NCBI RefSeq assembly: GCF_006345805.1
Contig: NC_042997.1
Span: 149,420,001 to 149,484,000, forward strand
Reading direction: 5' to 3'
DNA: 64,000 nucleotides
Source: Octopus sinensis
Taxonomy: Eukaryota
Made by a program: the position numbers and the translations under genes. The notes beneath the pieces were generated by a model. The model ran no database searches. It worked only from the letters and a program-made list of their open reading frames with translations, and was not told the DNA's origin. Positions 27,362-42,745 of this stretch are shown piece by piece (within the stretch, counting starts at the first letter, position 1; each line of letters begins with the position of its first letter).

Positions 27362-29557
27362 ATATATATATATATATATATATAGATGATAAATACAAGT
27401 AGGGTTAATAATGAAAAACACTAGCATTTATTTGTAATGCAATGTAAATTTGGAACTCCAATAACTAGAATTCCAACTTTATGCAGTGTGATATCATGAT
27501 TTCTCCATATCATTCCCTTTAGCGTTTAAACCACGCTATGATTTTGCTCACACAATCCGACAGTGTTTTCATATAATCGAAATAATAATGCACGTGAGAA
27601 AATCACTCCTGTTGCAACCAGAATGAAAACGAGTGATTTTTACATATCTTTTTGCTCTTAAGGCTTCAGGAGTGCGAGCTCTTGGAACTTTACGTTATAG
27701 TTATTTAAATTATAGAAAATGGTTAATTGCAGTACACGGCAAAATTGAAGAAAACGATGATTTTACGAAATTGGAAAATGTGAGCGCATGCAGAATCGAC
27801 ATTTAAAACTTCGTATATGAAACCAATGAACGAAGTCTAAATATAATATTTTGTGGGAAATTTTCTAAAACTTCAATGCCGAAAAATTGAAATCTCATCA
27901 GATAACAATCGATAAGTTATATAATGTAACAAAATATTCCTTCACACATCAGACATTTTGTCATTGTGTTCCTTATGTGCATATAGCTATTATCTACATT
28001 GTACGCCGCTTTAGCAGAGCTTACGAATACAGCAACTACTTATTAAAAAATATATTGCCATCGAAAAGATAAGACTCTGGTGAACATCATAAATCGGAAA
28101 CATAAAAACAGCAAAGGAAAATGTATTACCCATTGGTATATTTGTACTTTTAATTTAGGGGAAAGGCCAACATGGTTAGTAAGTAACGGTTATCATACTT
28201 CAGATAACCATAAAATGATTAACAATGTTCAAACATTGCTCTTAGCAACTTCAGCTATCTGAATTAGAAGCTTCTGTCATAAACTTAAATACTGAGATGT
28301 GCATCTTTGTTAACTTAGTAACTGTCCATTCGAAAATATCTGACAGGAAAAATCGATGGCATACTGCGGTGAAGTTTAAATGACTACTTTCACCAAAGTT
28401 CTGCTGAAATGTACTGAAAATAACTTAAGATAACGGTTACACTGACATAAATATTCATTCATTAACATTCTGTGACAATACACACACACACATGCGCACA
28501 CACACTTAATCGAATATATCTGACTAATTTAGAAAGACGAACGGAAATAGGATTACAAGTATTTGGTCTATAATGAGCTATTGCCAGCAAAATCGCCATG
28601 GAGGCTCATGTGTCACGAGGAGGTTCCATTGTCCCTCATGGTTTAGTAAGGAAATATTCATCTTGAAGCCAAATCTAAACCATTTAAATTTCATGTCAAA
28701 GCCTCGTTATACTTTGAAAATTTCTACCAAATTACCTCTCAGAATATTATTAATTGCCTTAATGCAAAATATCGTTTTGCGTTTATTGAATAAATAAAAT
28801 ACCGTGAATACCTATAGACGTATATATATGTTTACTTCCATAATCCAGAAATCACAAGTACTTCTACGACTTAAATGTGCTCAAAACGTTAATCCAAGCG
28901 AAAAAGTTTGTTTAATTCGTAGTGCTTTAGAAGTGTATCAATGATCACTCAACAGCAATTCCTTTAAGCGACTCTCTCTTCACTTCGCTTCACAGTAGGT
29001 CATTTTCAATTAGCTTTTCCTGTTATATTTAATTAATGCCATGACCATAGTTAATACACTTTATTTCTAGTCTAATTTAAATCAATTTTGATGCACATCT
29101 AAAATTGCAATATGTAAAATTCATTTCATGTTTTACTTACAGTCTTTCACATACTTTTTATCAGGAGAAAAGAAAAACAAACTTTTTCATATATATATTG
29201 CCATTCAACTTACGTAATCTATAAACATTTTTTCCTTGAATCAACATCTACTAAGTTCGTTGGTAAATTTCTTGAATAAAATACGGATCGTTATATATAT
29301 CTTATGCCAATCGTTTTCTCAGTGTCTTATATTCAAGAGTGATTTAGGTATAGGTTTTCTTTTTTCAACTCGTCACACGTTTGTGTGACAGAGTTCAGCT
29401 CGAGATCGAGTAATTTATTTGACCACTGGTTATAAGGAAAATGTTATATAAACTATTATTCTAGCTATCAATATGAAACCTGAATCTCATTCAAACATTT
29501 CACGTCATAAAATTTTACACGTCATAAACTTTTATAGAAATGATAACACATATATAC

Positions 29558-29618
29558 ACATATATACACAGATTCACAAACGTGACTGAGTCACGTGTGT
29601 GAATCTGTGTATATATGT
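29558..29618. repeat. 61 bp palindrome (30 bp arms, 1 nt spacer, 1 mismatch)
   Basis: ACATATATACACAGATTCACAAACGTGACT-G-AGTCACGTGTGTGAATCTGTGTATATATGT. Confidence 0.9.
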
Positions 29619-29737
29619 TTGTGTGCGTGTGTGCATCACGTACACACATGAATATCAATATATACATTCCTATATGCTTATCTCTGTGTCTATATATCTC
29701 TTTATCTCCCAATCAGCATAATTTGCCTATTTATGCT

Positions 29738-29780
<43 letters not shown>

Positions 29781-31156
29781 GAGTGACCGAATTATTTTAG
29801 GATATAAAGGCAATCTTCATATAGCCGAATGCTGCGATGATTATTATCACATCAGGTATAAAACCGAATGCGTTTTTGTCGCAATACCTCCGATGCATTT
29901 TTACAGGGAGAATAAAAATTTGTCATTCTAATTTAGCAGTAGTAATTGCATCTGAGCATAAGACCTGCAGAAGTTAATTACAAAATTTGTACTATTTTAT
30001 TGATGCTAAATCTAATATATTATTGTTTCAAATCAAACAATACGTCATTAATCCATTGAGATATGATATATATTCCTAAACTCACATTTAACGACACACT
30101 CATTGTTCCCATCTTGTGATAGTATTAAGAGGTAATTGCCTCATATATTCAACAGTAACTCATTCTGAGAGATTTTAGTAGGAAAGCTGTTGAATAATCT
30201 AGGGCTATGCACAAGGTTATATTTTATAGCTCAGCATTAAAACATGATGTATGATATTGGTTATGCATCAAAACTAATACAACAAATTATCTGTTTATTC
30301 GTGCAATTTTTTTTATAGTTAGCTTTAGTATATTGATATATTCAAATTTATCTGCAAGTTATCTGATGTATTGCTCTCGCTATAAATTATCATATTTTCT
30401 TAAATCTAGAAAATAGATTATTTTATTTGTATCGAGTACTACTTTGTTTGAGTAAAGTGTTTTTGAAATACTCTCAACAATTTCTCTCACAGGAAGGAAG
30501 AGCAATAAACCAATGCACAACACATATCGTAAACGCATGCATCATTCAGGTAACGTAATTATGCGTATACTGACTCCAATCACAAATATGAACAAACGAA
30601 AGGAAACATATACATGACCACATACATTAGTAAAATATATTTGCTGGATAATGAGGAGCGAATAGAATCCTTATATACGCAAATAGCAAGTGAGATCGAC
30701 GTCGCTGGTGTGCAGTTTGAAAAAAATTAGATCAATAATAGGAGGAATAATGAGTATGGGGTATAACGTTACTTCATTATTGTCATGTACTATGCAAAAT
30801 ATTTAGTAAGTTTTGTGTGAGATTATGTGAAAGTAACTCAGCGGGAAAAGTGTTGTTCGTGTGTTCATATACTGGATTGGCATTTAGCTAGCAGTATATA
30901 GACATGTGTCAGGTCAGGAAACTATGCATACACCGCACTGAGAGTAACGTTTTGTTCGTAAATAATTGAATACTTTTCTTCCGATGCGATGTACGTACAT
31001 GTTTTCTATAACTGCACAATTCTAGTCACGTGAACAATTCATAGGATTTATACTTTAGATGTATAGGGATTCAGCAAATAATCTAAGCTGATGCATTACA
31101 AATACAAAAATGCCGAAGAAGCATTTTAGTATTTGTAATGTAAATGTTGATGTCTA

Positions 31157-31178
31157 TGTGAGTGTGTGTGTGTGTGTG

Positions 31179-31220
<42 letters not shown>

Positions 31221-31225
31221 TGTGT
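31157..31225. repeat. (GT)n microsatellite
   Basis: Direct reading. Confidence 0.95.
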
Positions 31226-32981
31226 TGTGTTGTGTCTGTATGTGTTGCCAACGTGCATTGTGTGTGTGTGTATTTGTGTGGAGTGGGGTATAAACCATCA
31301 ATGAATTTGGGTACTGAGTCTCATACATTTAATTGCCTGAATTAAAAATATTGTAGGGTCAGGAGGATGTTTACACTCGGTGCAAACAGTTTTTGTGTGT
31401 GGATGAATCTTCCATGTCGATTGTTAAGACTAAAATGTAATATCGACTGTAGATGAAAATGCATCTATCCAAATTTCCTTTCGTGGATGGTAATCCATTG
31501 ATTTTGATGAAGAGGTTTCAGTTATTCTAACATTTGAATTACACTTTCATTGAGCTGTAAGTTACTGTGAATTCTAGAAGAGATGTACACAGATCACATG
31601 ACTGTGAGTCACAATCAGCATGACACAGCGAGCAAGAAAGCTCGCCATTTGATCAAGCGGAACAATCTATTCGATGGACTTGTATACAGTTGCCTTCCAC
31701 CAAAATTCACTCAAAATGTAGGTATAGTTTTTGAATAATATACTCCACAAATATAGCAGGCAACATGATTCAACGCTGAACTTGACAGTGTTGAAGGAAG
31801 TAATTTCATGCTCGGAAAGTACAATGCGTGACAAACAATGAAATGCTGTTATATGAAAATTGATAGCAGCTGAGTCAACGAGAACTCGTACTAGCGATAA
31901 CAATGTGGTCTGCAAGAAGGTTTTCCAAATCAGAAATGGCAGAAAGAGGGAGATGATCGTTAGGTAACATCGTGAGATGATCCTTAGGTAACATCTCCAA
32001 CCGAGCGAGGTCAAGAGTTTTTTTCGTTGATATCAACTAAGATGGCGTGGCACTTAAGATCAAAGTGATGAACAATTATTGAGTGACATATTGTGAGATG
32101 ATTCCAATAGATTTGTTTGACGTGGTAGTTCTAACGGTTTTAAAGGTAATGAATGACTTCTGGTCTAGAGAAATGTGCTTATCTTTCAAATGTCGAACTT
32201 ATATATCGATAAATTATTTGTCAGTAAATTTAAATAGATAACACTCCTTAAATGTTTGAAAAGTGGGAGCTTTTCAAATCTATTGACATATATAGGAAGG
32301 AAGCGTATGAGAGAAAGACAGAGACATGTGGAGAGAAGGTAAGAGAGGTTTTATAGAGAAAACATACACAAGAAGTTCCACTGAGTTCAGTGTTCAAAAT
32401 AATGGAGGATTGAATGTCAGGGATGGTTTATTTTATATATGCATATATTTTATTTTATATGAAGGTAATGTAGATTATTCCTCATATAAATACGAAGGTT
32501 GAAACTAGAATTCTGAGAAAGGAATCGGAAAGAAAAGAATTTTGTTGTGAGATTCAATACCATGAGCCATTTCAAATGGATGGAGTCTGTAGAGCCAGTT
32601 AATTTGATCTTTTAAAGATTTGTTTTGAAACGGATATAATAACAAATGACAATATTCTGTAAAAATCAGCTAGAAATCGAAAATACCAGCTACAGAGAGA
32701 TTTAACTGGAAAATTACATTTCAGAGCAATGCAATTTCAAACATACCTGCATAGAAACATATTTACATGCGTATCTGTGTGTATATTTGTGTGACTATAT
32801 ATATATTATACGTATATATATATGCATATATATACATGCATATATATTTGCACATACACATACACACACACGCGCGCACGCACGCACACGCAAACACACA
32901 CACACACACACCACACACACACACATATATATATATATTATATATATATATATATGTATAAATGATAATAATAAGGATTAT

Positions 32982-34030
32982 TACGAAGTGACATAAGCAT
33001 TATCTAAATTTACTCAGACTGAGTAAAAAGTAAGCGACGTTTTGAAACTTGAAATTCATCACAATATATTTCAACAATACCGACGGTGTATTCATCAGTG
33101 TAAATACTATAACAACCAAGACACTTTCTCAACGAGTTATAAGTTTGTCTATTCCGGTAACATAAAATTCTGGAGTTCTGGAGCTGATGAAATCTTTGAA
33201 TGTGCTGTAAGAATCGGCTTGATTTTTGAACTCCTCTCACAGGAAACTATCAAGGTGCTTGAAAAAGTGGTAGATGGAAGGAGAAAGATCTAAGTTCGGT
33301 GGGGAAGAATTTCATAGCCAATTTCCCTCAACTTCAAGAGCGTCATTTATGAAACGTGTGGTCGAGAATTATCATTAAAAATGATTGGCTCTCTATGTTG
33401 AGCAGTATGGAACGGAGGAGTAGCAGTTTTTCGTTTATTTCGGCAATTCCATGGCAATATAATTCTGCAGTAACAGTTTTCCCGAGTTTTAAGAAGTTAT
33501 ACTGGATGAGTCCAGCAGTACACCACTAAACACTCCCCATAACATTCTTTTTGAATTACTCGAGTTTAGCGAAGTTTTCGGTGCTTCATTTTGGTCCAAC
33601 CACTGCAAAGAACTTTTCTCATTAATGTACAGAATCCACTTTTCATCACAAGTTACAATATGGTCGCGAAATGAATCCTTCTGGTTACGGAGAAGAGGCA
33701 AAGTTTATATGTATGCATTTTCCTATTTTCATTGATATCGGGTGGTACACATTTGTCGAGTTTTTTTTTAGTATTTTACGATCGCATGTAAACGGTTGCA
33801 GGCATTTACCTGGCTAACTTGAAGTTTAAACTATTTTCGAGCTGACCACTCACTGGTCATTTCCTCACCAAATTTTCGGTGATATCGCGAGCAGTTTCAA
33901 CTGCTTTAAATCCTCTTTGAAATTGAATAGCAAAATTGCTCGAACATCGCACTTTGACAGTTCTAATTTAGATAATTGAAACAACAAATGAAAAAAATAT
34001 CAATGTTAATTTATTGATTTATTTGGGGAA
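32982..34030 (-). mobile_element. mariner transposon, transposase pseudogene
   Basis: RAILLFNFK..FKAVETARDI HTH region, IVTCDEKWILY (ORF 33489-33701), DLSPSIYHFFKHLDSFL and SRTPEFYVTGIDKLITR; inverted TTATCTAAATT/AATTTAGATAA near the ends; boundaries approximate. Confidence 0.85.
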
Positions 34031-34620
34031 GTCTGTTTCTATATTATCAGACAGTTTTAAAAGAATGCGTTTAAAAAATTCAAATCTATGCAAAAATCCG
34101 GAACAAAATATTTTACTCAATCTTATATACACGATTTACATAGACCTACACATGTTCCAACTTCACCGATTAGAAACTACTGCAGTTGGAACCATACTAT
34201 AATACCGGTGCTCTTTCTTCCAGGTTTTACTTGATATCCTTCGATACGTTAGATGTGAACTATCTTCAATTCAAGTTTTGATTGGATGATCAATTAAAGT
34301 GCGCTATTCTAAACATTCTGTTGTTTAACTAATTATTATTCATTTATACTGGACAAATGTCTCAAAGCTTCTTCCTGTCTAGAATTTATTACTTTACACT
34401 TAGATGCATAAATTTAGTAAAATTCTTCTAAACATAAAACATTCTTTTCAGTCCCAGGTTGGTATGATTTTGCATTAAAAATTAATCCCCATTTGATAGT
34501 GTAGTCTTTGTATCTGTCTTTAAAAGTCCAGATTAATTTACTATGAATTGCTTGGAATTAAAAATATTTTATCTCTAAATCAACTAAAATGATTTACCAG
34601 TCTTATCTTGTAAATTATGC

Positions 34621-34644
34621 ACATGTAGATATATATCTACATGT
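34621..34644. repeat. perfect 24 bp palindrome centred on TA repeats
   Basis: ACATGTAGATATATATCTACATGT. Confidence 0.9.
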
Positions 34645-34941
34645 CTATATATGTGTGTGTGTGTGTGTGTGTGTTTGTGTATGTTTGTGTGTATGTTTTG
34701 CACACACAAAAATACCCGGTGAATGTGGTCTTTTATTTTGAAAAGTTGTATTTTGAAAAGTATATTTGAGAGCAAGGCTGTTTCAAACATACATGCATAA
34801 CACACACGCACACGCACGCACACTCACACACACACGCGCACGCACACATACACACATACACACAGATATATTACATGTAACTATAAATAATTAAGTATGA
34901 AACACTCTCTCTATATATATAGATATATGTATATATATATA

Positions 34942-35015
<74 letters not shown>

Positions 35016-35553
35016 CATACATATATTTATATACTTCACTATATAGACTATATGCATTGTTATACGTACGTCGACTATCTGAACTCATGCCAAGCATGAC
35101 ACACATATCTGCAAGCGTTCTCAAATACCGCTTTGTAAATGTATTTTAAGCAACTAACCACTGGATTTTATCTCACTTCATTTAATGTTTCAAATATAAA
35201 CACCACGTTTCAAGGTTTGAATCGAGATTTCATAATTTATTTCCTAACTGGCTGTTATTACTTGTTCGTACATTTTAATATTTTTTTTCATTGCAGAATT
35301 TTGCTTTCCTTTCTTTTTTCTTTCTTTATTTTCATGTTATAATTTCCTGTTTATTCAACGTTATTTGTTCATTCATACTTAGATTATACTTTTTGAGTTC
35401 TTTTTTTATATTAATTATATTTTTTTTTAATTCTTGGTCAGAATGACTTGACATTTTCGAGTACTCCATTATAAAGTATTAACGTCACTTCAAGTGAACA
35501 CTTTTCATCTTTTTAATGAAAGATGTTACTTCCCTTTCTACACCTTCCCACGT

Positions 35554-35604
<51 letters not shown>

Positions 35605-37240
35605 TACACACTCACACAAACGCACACAGAGGCAAGCACACGCTCATTCATAATAACACACATATATCCATGTTTACGCAAGCACACTCACATACATATA
35701 TGTGTTTGTTCGTGAATCTATGCATTTAAAAATCCAATGTGAGAGATAGGAGCTCTTCGCTCATCATTTATTTTTCTCACCAACAACCTCTTGAAATCAA
35801 TGTAGTTTTTAACTCCATCTTGAATTTGTGTTGAGCGATATTTGTTGGGAAAAAGTTGATACAGAAATATTCGAGAATATAGAATTCTGAAGAGAAAAGG
35901 ATTGGCAAATATTTTAGAACTGGGCGTTTGCGTATGAGATTATAAGGAAAATAAGAATACAAAAAGTGGAGTATTTTCTCGTTTGAATATAAAATTTACA
36001 CAGATTACGAATGCATGAAAAGAGAAAATATTGTAATATGCACAGAGTAAACTAAAATCAGAACACACTATGTGTCTTCAGTTTAATTCTTGATGTGTGT
36101 CTCCACAGTACACCAGTCTATCAAATCGAAAAACTGTCGTATTTATTTGAAAAGTAGTCTACTATATTTGTGAACAAAACAACGATGCTGCTTTGGGTAT
36201 TGAGTAAGAAATGTCCAGTAATCTTCCCCGTCATACATCGTCTTTATGCATTACTTGAAAATGATTTGGTTGAAAATATCAAGAATGGATTTGATAAAAA
36301 CATGTTTCATTACATATGTACAAATAGCGTTGGAGGTCTTAGAAGCGTTGGTGATAGCTTAGTAAGTGAGGTAATTACTGTAGGGATGACATGTGTGTAT
36401 ACATATTTTGGGCTAGATATTCAGGAATGACACATGAGCGTCAGGATGATACTGATAAGATCGGAAAATCATGTTTTAAAGTAATAGAGAGAAATTTGTA
36501 TCTATGTGCCACCTTAATCAATTAGAATTTGCAACAGGTGATTTTTACAGTTCACAGATATCGATGGTTTCTGTTTCTGATGAACACAAAATAAAAAAGA
36601 AAACACAAAGTTAACAATTATAGTGGCTATATATACCGAGTAATTATTTCATATCTGCGGTGTTGAGATATGTTTGGCAAACTTAGAATATTTATAGCAG
36701 TTACCGGAAGGGCCATCAAAAAATTAAATCAAGATTCTAATTCCTTCAGTCCATTCTAATTCGAATGACGTATTATTATTTATTCCTCAGAATATTAGTT
36801 ATCAAAATTGCTTATGATTGAACTTTGGTTTACTTATGTATCTCTTAACAGACAACGAAGAAACTTTTCACTGCATAGTATGCCGTAAATAAATTTTTCA
36901 AAGGATGTAGCAAATTTATATTAAAACTAACAAGGAAATAATATTTAAACTTTGTACGCACATAACGTATTTATTTTACTTTAGCAGAGTGACTCATAAA
37001 ACACTTCATGTTACTTTGATATCCTTTCAGTTAAGTAAAGGAAAATATTGACAGTTTCAACCGGGAATTTGACAAGTTCGGCAGATTTAGACCGTCTTCA
37101 TTTAGAGCGTCTTTATTGGTTAAAGACGCTCACCACCGCGCAATTTAAACTAATATAGCTTACGCATGCAATACTAAACATATATATGGACTTTAACAGA
37201 TCGCACAAATATATTGACACAGATACATGCATATACATAA

Positions 37241-37790
37241 GACTAGCAGAAATACCCGCCATTGACTGGGTTCAGAAAGAGTCTTCAAAATTATACCCTG
37301 ATTTAGGAAAATTACTGCTTCGATGTTATTGAATATTTTGTGGCGGAATATTCGCAAGCTCTCATTGCCAGGTTTCGTCCCCAAAAGTTATATTTTACTA
37401 ATGGGTCTGCTGATAGTCAGTCTCTTCAGCTCTTTCTTTTTTCCGATGCTGAGATTACTTAGGTAGCCCAAATCTAATTTTATTCGGAAGTATTGTAGTA
37501 GGGTGAATTAATCTATAACACAAGGGACTTAACTCATGTTAACAAACTTATGGATTTCACCGACATGAAAATTCCTAAAAGTTATGGTTGTAAAGCTATT
37601 TTTACCGCTATCGGGGGAAGCCTCGGGAACAATAAGTTGACAAAAGCACAGCCATAATGGTGACCAATGTCCTCCTAAATTTGGAGCGACATGCCTGCCA
37701 ATTTGTGGACGGGCATAAAGTACATTCACGTGCACACAGACACACACACATCCTGCCTATAGATTATCTAACTATCTATCTATCTATCTA
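37241..37790 (+). mobile_element. possible non-autonomous Helitron-like (DINE/HINE-type) element
   Basis: Begins ACTAGCAGAAATACCCGCC..GGG; 3' part has AAATTTGG, a CACACAGACAC tract and a TATAGAT end. Structural resemblance only. Confidence 0.4.
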
Positions 37791-37840
37791 TATATCACAT
37801 ATATATATATCTATTTATTTACGTATTTAAATGCATTTAC

Positions 37841-37883
<43 letters not shown>

Positions 37884-37934
37884 AATATATATATATACAT
37901 ATATAGAAAGATATATATATATATATATATATAT

Positions 37935-37969
37935 ACATACATACATACATACATACATACATACATACA

Positions 37970-37998
<29 letters not shown>
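37935..37998. repeat. (TACA)n tetranucleotide repeat following (TA)n
   Basis: Direct reading. Confidence 0.9.
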
Positions 37999-38002
<4 letters not shown>

Positions 38003-39073
38003 GCACACACATACAGATTTAGATATACATTGTGAACCTATTCAAAGTGAAACAATATAAAAGCGAAACTGTAAATTACTCCGTAAAAACTTTCACTTTT
38101 TTTCATCGAATTTTGAGACGTAATGCTCATTCAGTACCAATGTTTCATTGTTTTGATCCAAAAGTTACATGTTGCCACTCCTGGTGTCTCATAGTATTAC
38201 CATGTAAAATTTGGTGTGCTTTAGTTGAGCCGTTTTAGAACACATTGGGAACCATTAGAGGTACAAAGGATTTTATATATACTACTTTTGTTCAGTGTGA
38301 ACATCATTGTTATAGTGTGCTACACTTGTTGATACAGAGAAATCACGTGAAATAGTTACCGTCACCAATCAAATTATTTTATGCTAGCTTTTCTGTGATT
38401 CAGCATCGAAATAATTGGAGAAAGAAGCGTTCTATTTCATTTCTCTCTGCTCTCCCGAGACTGTGTCTTGCATTCATACTGGTTTCCTTTTGTCACTTGT
38501 TAATCTTGGTTAATTATTTTAGATACAACTTGCTGCCAAGAAATAGAATGAGTCCAATTAACATTTGAGTATGGAAACGGAAACGACTATGAGCTTTCGT
38601 TGAGAAATGAATTTTCATGCAAAATGCAAATGAAGTCACTGCTAGAACACATATTTAAGGATTTCATAACTTCTTTCATACTAATACACATGGTTCCTGT
38701 CAAAGCATTTCAAAATACAGTTAATAATAGTGACCAAAGAAACGTCTGCTAATTCCTAACAAATTGTCTTGTAATTATTTCAGACACAAGATCCCTAATT
38801 GCACACAAGATTTGAACTAAGAAACTATTACACGATATGTAAAACAATTTAGAAATATCATAAAAATGACTTTAATATTTATCTTCTCGCGAATGGATAT
38901 TCGGTAGACAATCACTCGGAAAATCAGTTTTATGCAACTTATTCAACTTACCGTGACAACAGCTACAGCGCATATAGAAATACCAAAGTGTAATGCCTAT
39001 ATATATGTATACATTTATAAATGTATACGTATATGTACATACACGTATGTATTTATGAATGTATATATATATA

Positions 39074-39465
<392 letters not shown>

Positions 39466-39626
39466 CTCTTACTTTATTATCATCTTATAATCATCTCATA
39501 ATAATGATCTTTATGACTCGTATTACTACCTCAGTCAATCTAAATGTATATATTTGTCACTACTTGTCATAAATAGTCTTTTTCTATTTGCAATATGCAT
39601 TTTCGTTGATTTTTTAATATTTTTAC

Positions 39627-39676
<50 letters not shown>

Positions 39677-39757
39677 GAGCTACTGAATTCAACTGAATCA
39701 CACTGTAAGTTGAAGAAGCTGCATAAGTATTCATATATGTATAAATATATGTACACA

Positions 39758-40545
39758 TACAGGGGCTGACAAAATAATAGAAACATCTTAAAATTTCAAA
39801 GAATTTTAGTATTGGGCCGGACCGCCTTTGGAATAAATACAGCTTGAATTTTACCGGATATGGACTCGTACAAAGTTTGAATTGTTTCCAAAGGAATTTT
39901 TGTCCATTCTTCAGCTAAAACAGTCACTAGCTCTGGTAGTGAGGATAGTAATGGATATCGACTCCTTACAAGTTTTTCTAAAATGCACTAATTATATGTT
40001 CAATAATATTGAGATCTGGGGACAGTGATGGCCAGGTAAGATGTTCAACTTCAGTAGAATGTTTCTCGTGCCATTCAATAACAAATTTAGCTGTGTGAAT
40101 TGGTGCATTATCTTCCTGAATGATGACGTTCCCTACAGAAACAGTACCGTATACATAGGATGAATTTGATCAGCTAAAATGCTTGACTTGTCTATTAATT
40201 CTGCCATGAAGCGAAACTATTGGGCCAAAAGGATTTCAAAGATGTAGTTTCCCACCCCCGATCATCACAGATCCTCCTCCCTTTTTAACAGTTGGAAGGA
40301 GGTAGTGTGTGTCAAATGCTTCTTTTGGCTATCTCCACACTTATACTCGGCCGGTGATCGGGAATAAGGTAAAGAATGCCTCGTGCGAGAAAATTATATT
40401 CTTCTACTGCTCTAGAGACCAATTCTGTAGGCTTTAATTCCTCTCTAAACGCTTTGCAACGTTTGGTTTTGAAAGTAGTGATCTTCTGATTGCAGCCCTC
40501 CCGCGAAATCCTGCTTTGTGGAAACTGGGTTCACTAAGTGGTCAT
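39758..40545 (-). mobile_element. Tc1-family transposon, truncated transposase pseudogene with 3' terminus
   Basis: Minus strand PKITAELNDHLVNPVST..AGFRGRAAIRR, decayed DD34E segments (QEDNAPIHTAKF, HLTWPSLSPDLNIIEH); TACAGGGGCTGACAAAATAATAGAAACA terminus. Confidence 0.85.
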
Positions 40546-40635
40546 TAAGCTCTGCAGTAATTTTGGGATCTGTACTTTTGTGATCCATTGTAACAATTCG
40601 CTGAAGATACACACACACTCACACACACACTCACT

Positions 40636-40698
<63 letters not shown>

Positions 40699-41589
40699 GT
40701 ATATATATGTATGTATATATACATATACATGTAATATATATATATCATATTACTTTATTAGACTTTTCAGATCAATCTAGAACATCAGCCTTCCAATATT
40801 TATTTACGTCTTGAAGTTTATATTAGCATCCTAGAATAGCATGTTCTTGTGTACTTTGTGTTGAGTAGCAAAGAGTGATGTGTTTGTTAATTTTTGCGCT
40901 GTATAATTTTGACATTATCCAGCAGTTAAGTCTGATATACTTCATAGATAATTTTGTTCATGTTCTATTATTTTCTTCATCATATGTATAGAATTTTAAC
41001 TTCGTCAATGTAATGTATTTCTTTCGAATTTTGGCGCATGCATTGTATGTTTGGGAGTCGTGTTGGCGACTTGCTGTAAAATCATACACTGTTATATGCA
41101 TGGCTATAGCAGCAGTTTCATTCATTGAGTTTTCTGCTTTCATATTTGCATTCGAATTTATACAAAACATTAGCTTGCTTGGCGAATGAGTTTGCGTTTA
41201 GATGCGATAGATATTGTCATTATGTTGTATGTACGTATTTTATCTTTAATTTTGTGATAATCCAATCTGTAACTAGGATGTATTTTACAGTAAAATGTAG
41301 CTAACATCCGAGCGTTGTATGCTGCTGAAAGTGTGCTGCTTATGCAAGCGAGCAAGTTCATTTTACTTAGCGTCTAATTCCCATCGATGAATTTATGGTT
41401 CAATTTCAGTAATCCACGCTAAGGCTGCCACAAAACTTCAGTCCTTTTCCCATTCACTGAGAAGTCAAATGTTGACGATACACTTTCAGAATAACGTGTA
41501 GTTTCCTGATATATTGATGAAACTGGTAAAAAAAGAGAGTGAGGTACTTGATACTGCTTGCTAACTTGTTGCAAGAGCTATAAAAAAGA

Positions 41590-41795
41590 AAGTGAGGATA
41601 TAAGAAGAATATCAAGACTGAAAAATACGAACTTCAAAGAATCGGGAATTATCGTAAAGTTGTAATAAGAACTGTTGGAAGAAAGTTGAATAGCCAGTTT
41701 ATAAAGTTGTATATCGAACTTCCTAACTGCGCAAAGCGTGTTTCCTTGGCACTGCAAGGAATATATTAAAGTTGCTATAGACCTAAGTCTACTGG
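41590..41795 (+). mobile_element. decayed Dong/R4-like RLE 3' fragment
   Basis: CTGCGCAAAGCGTGTTTCCTTGGCACTGCAAGG = LRKACFLGTAR, equivalent to the LGTA motif at 20.8 and 21.5 kb. Confidence 0.55.
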
Positions 41796-41884
41796 ATACA
41801 ACTTGATATCTAGCTAACCAATAGCTGCGCAAGAATTACAAAATTGGGAATTTCTGGAGAAGATGACGACGACAACGTCGACGA

Positions 41885-42140
41885 TGCCGACGAGGATGAT
41901 GAGAGCTATGCATGGAGATAGAGGATTATAAAGTAAAACGCATATGGAAGATAGACAAAAAGAAATGGAATGGAAGAAAAATGATGTACGTGCAGATTGG
42001 GAGAGAAGTGAATGTAATACAGATGCCGATGGAAGTTGGCACTGGCTAACGAAGAAGGATTTGAAACCAGAGATGGAGGGGCATATCTGTTCTTCGCAAC
42101 AGTAAGCGCTTTGGATACATTACACCAGAGGCATGACTGG
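41885..42140 (+). mobile_element. decayed Dong/R4-like ORF fragment (post-RT region)
   Basis: EWKKNDV..SWHWLTKKDLKPEMEGHICSSQQ*AL resembles the conserved WL..DLKxETExxIxAAQEQAL segment; follows a GAT/GAC tract. Confidence 0.55.
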
Positions 42141-42589
42141 CGGCAACAGAGCTCCACAGAATTATCGAAATCTAAATGAAGAATTTTACACTAGTCCACT
42201 GGGTGCGGACAACTGATATTTTGATAATTCCCCGGCAAAGTTTGCCATGTTAAAGAACAAGAACAGCAACAATAGTAATAATGACACTTTTTATTATAGG
42301 CACAACATAGTCAATTACATCGACTCCAGGGTTGAACTGCTAGATTTTATACAGCCCGAAAGGATAAAATACAATGTTGACCTCCGAACAAAACGATGAC
42401 CAGCATTACTTAGTTCAAATGAACTAAGGAAGGTTGTTCAGCGGTTTATTTGCATTTCTTAGTTCAAGGGAACTAAGCAATTTGTTTGACATGCTAACGA
42501 GTCTTCCAGCCGCGACATTAATGCCAATAGTAGAAGCAAAAGCAACAAAAAATATAGCAACAACAACATCAACAATGATGATTTCCAAT

Positions 42590-42745
42590 TTTGGCAAAAG
42601 GCTAGCAATGTGTGGTGAGGGGGAAAATCGATTATATCAACCTGCGTTAGTGTTAAACTGGTATTTATTTTATCGACCCCGCAAAGCCAAAGTGGAATTT
42701 GAACTCAGAACGTGCATTTGACCTGTGCACTAACAATTCTACCAA
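42590..42745 (-). mobile_element. SINE fragment
   Basis: AACTGGTATTTATTTTATCGACCCCG..GGAATTTGAACTCAGAACG shared with 9097-9329. Confidence 0.65.

Noticed and set aside
31667-32014. 115 aa ORF and a 24 bp tandem duplication near 31950-31997
   Set aside because: No conserved motif; the duplication is ordinary slippage-scale
40958-41361. Two consecutive minus-strand ORFs
   Set aside because: Possibly decayed LINE RT, but motifs too degraded to call
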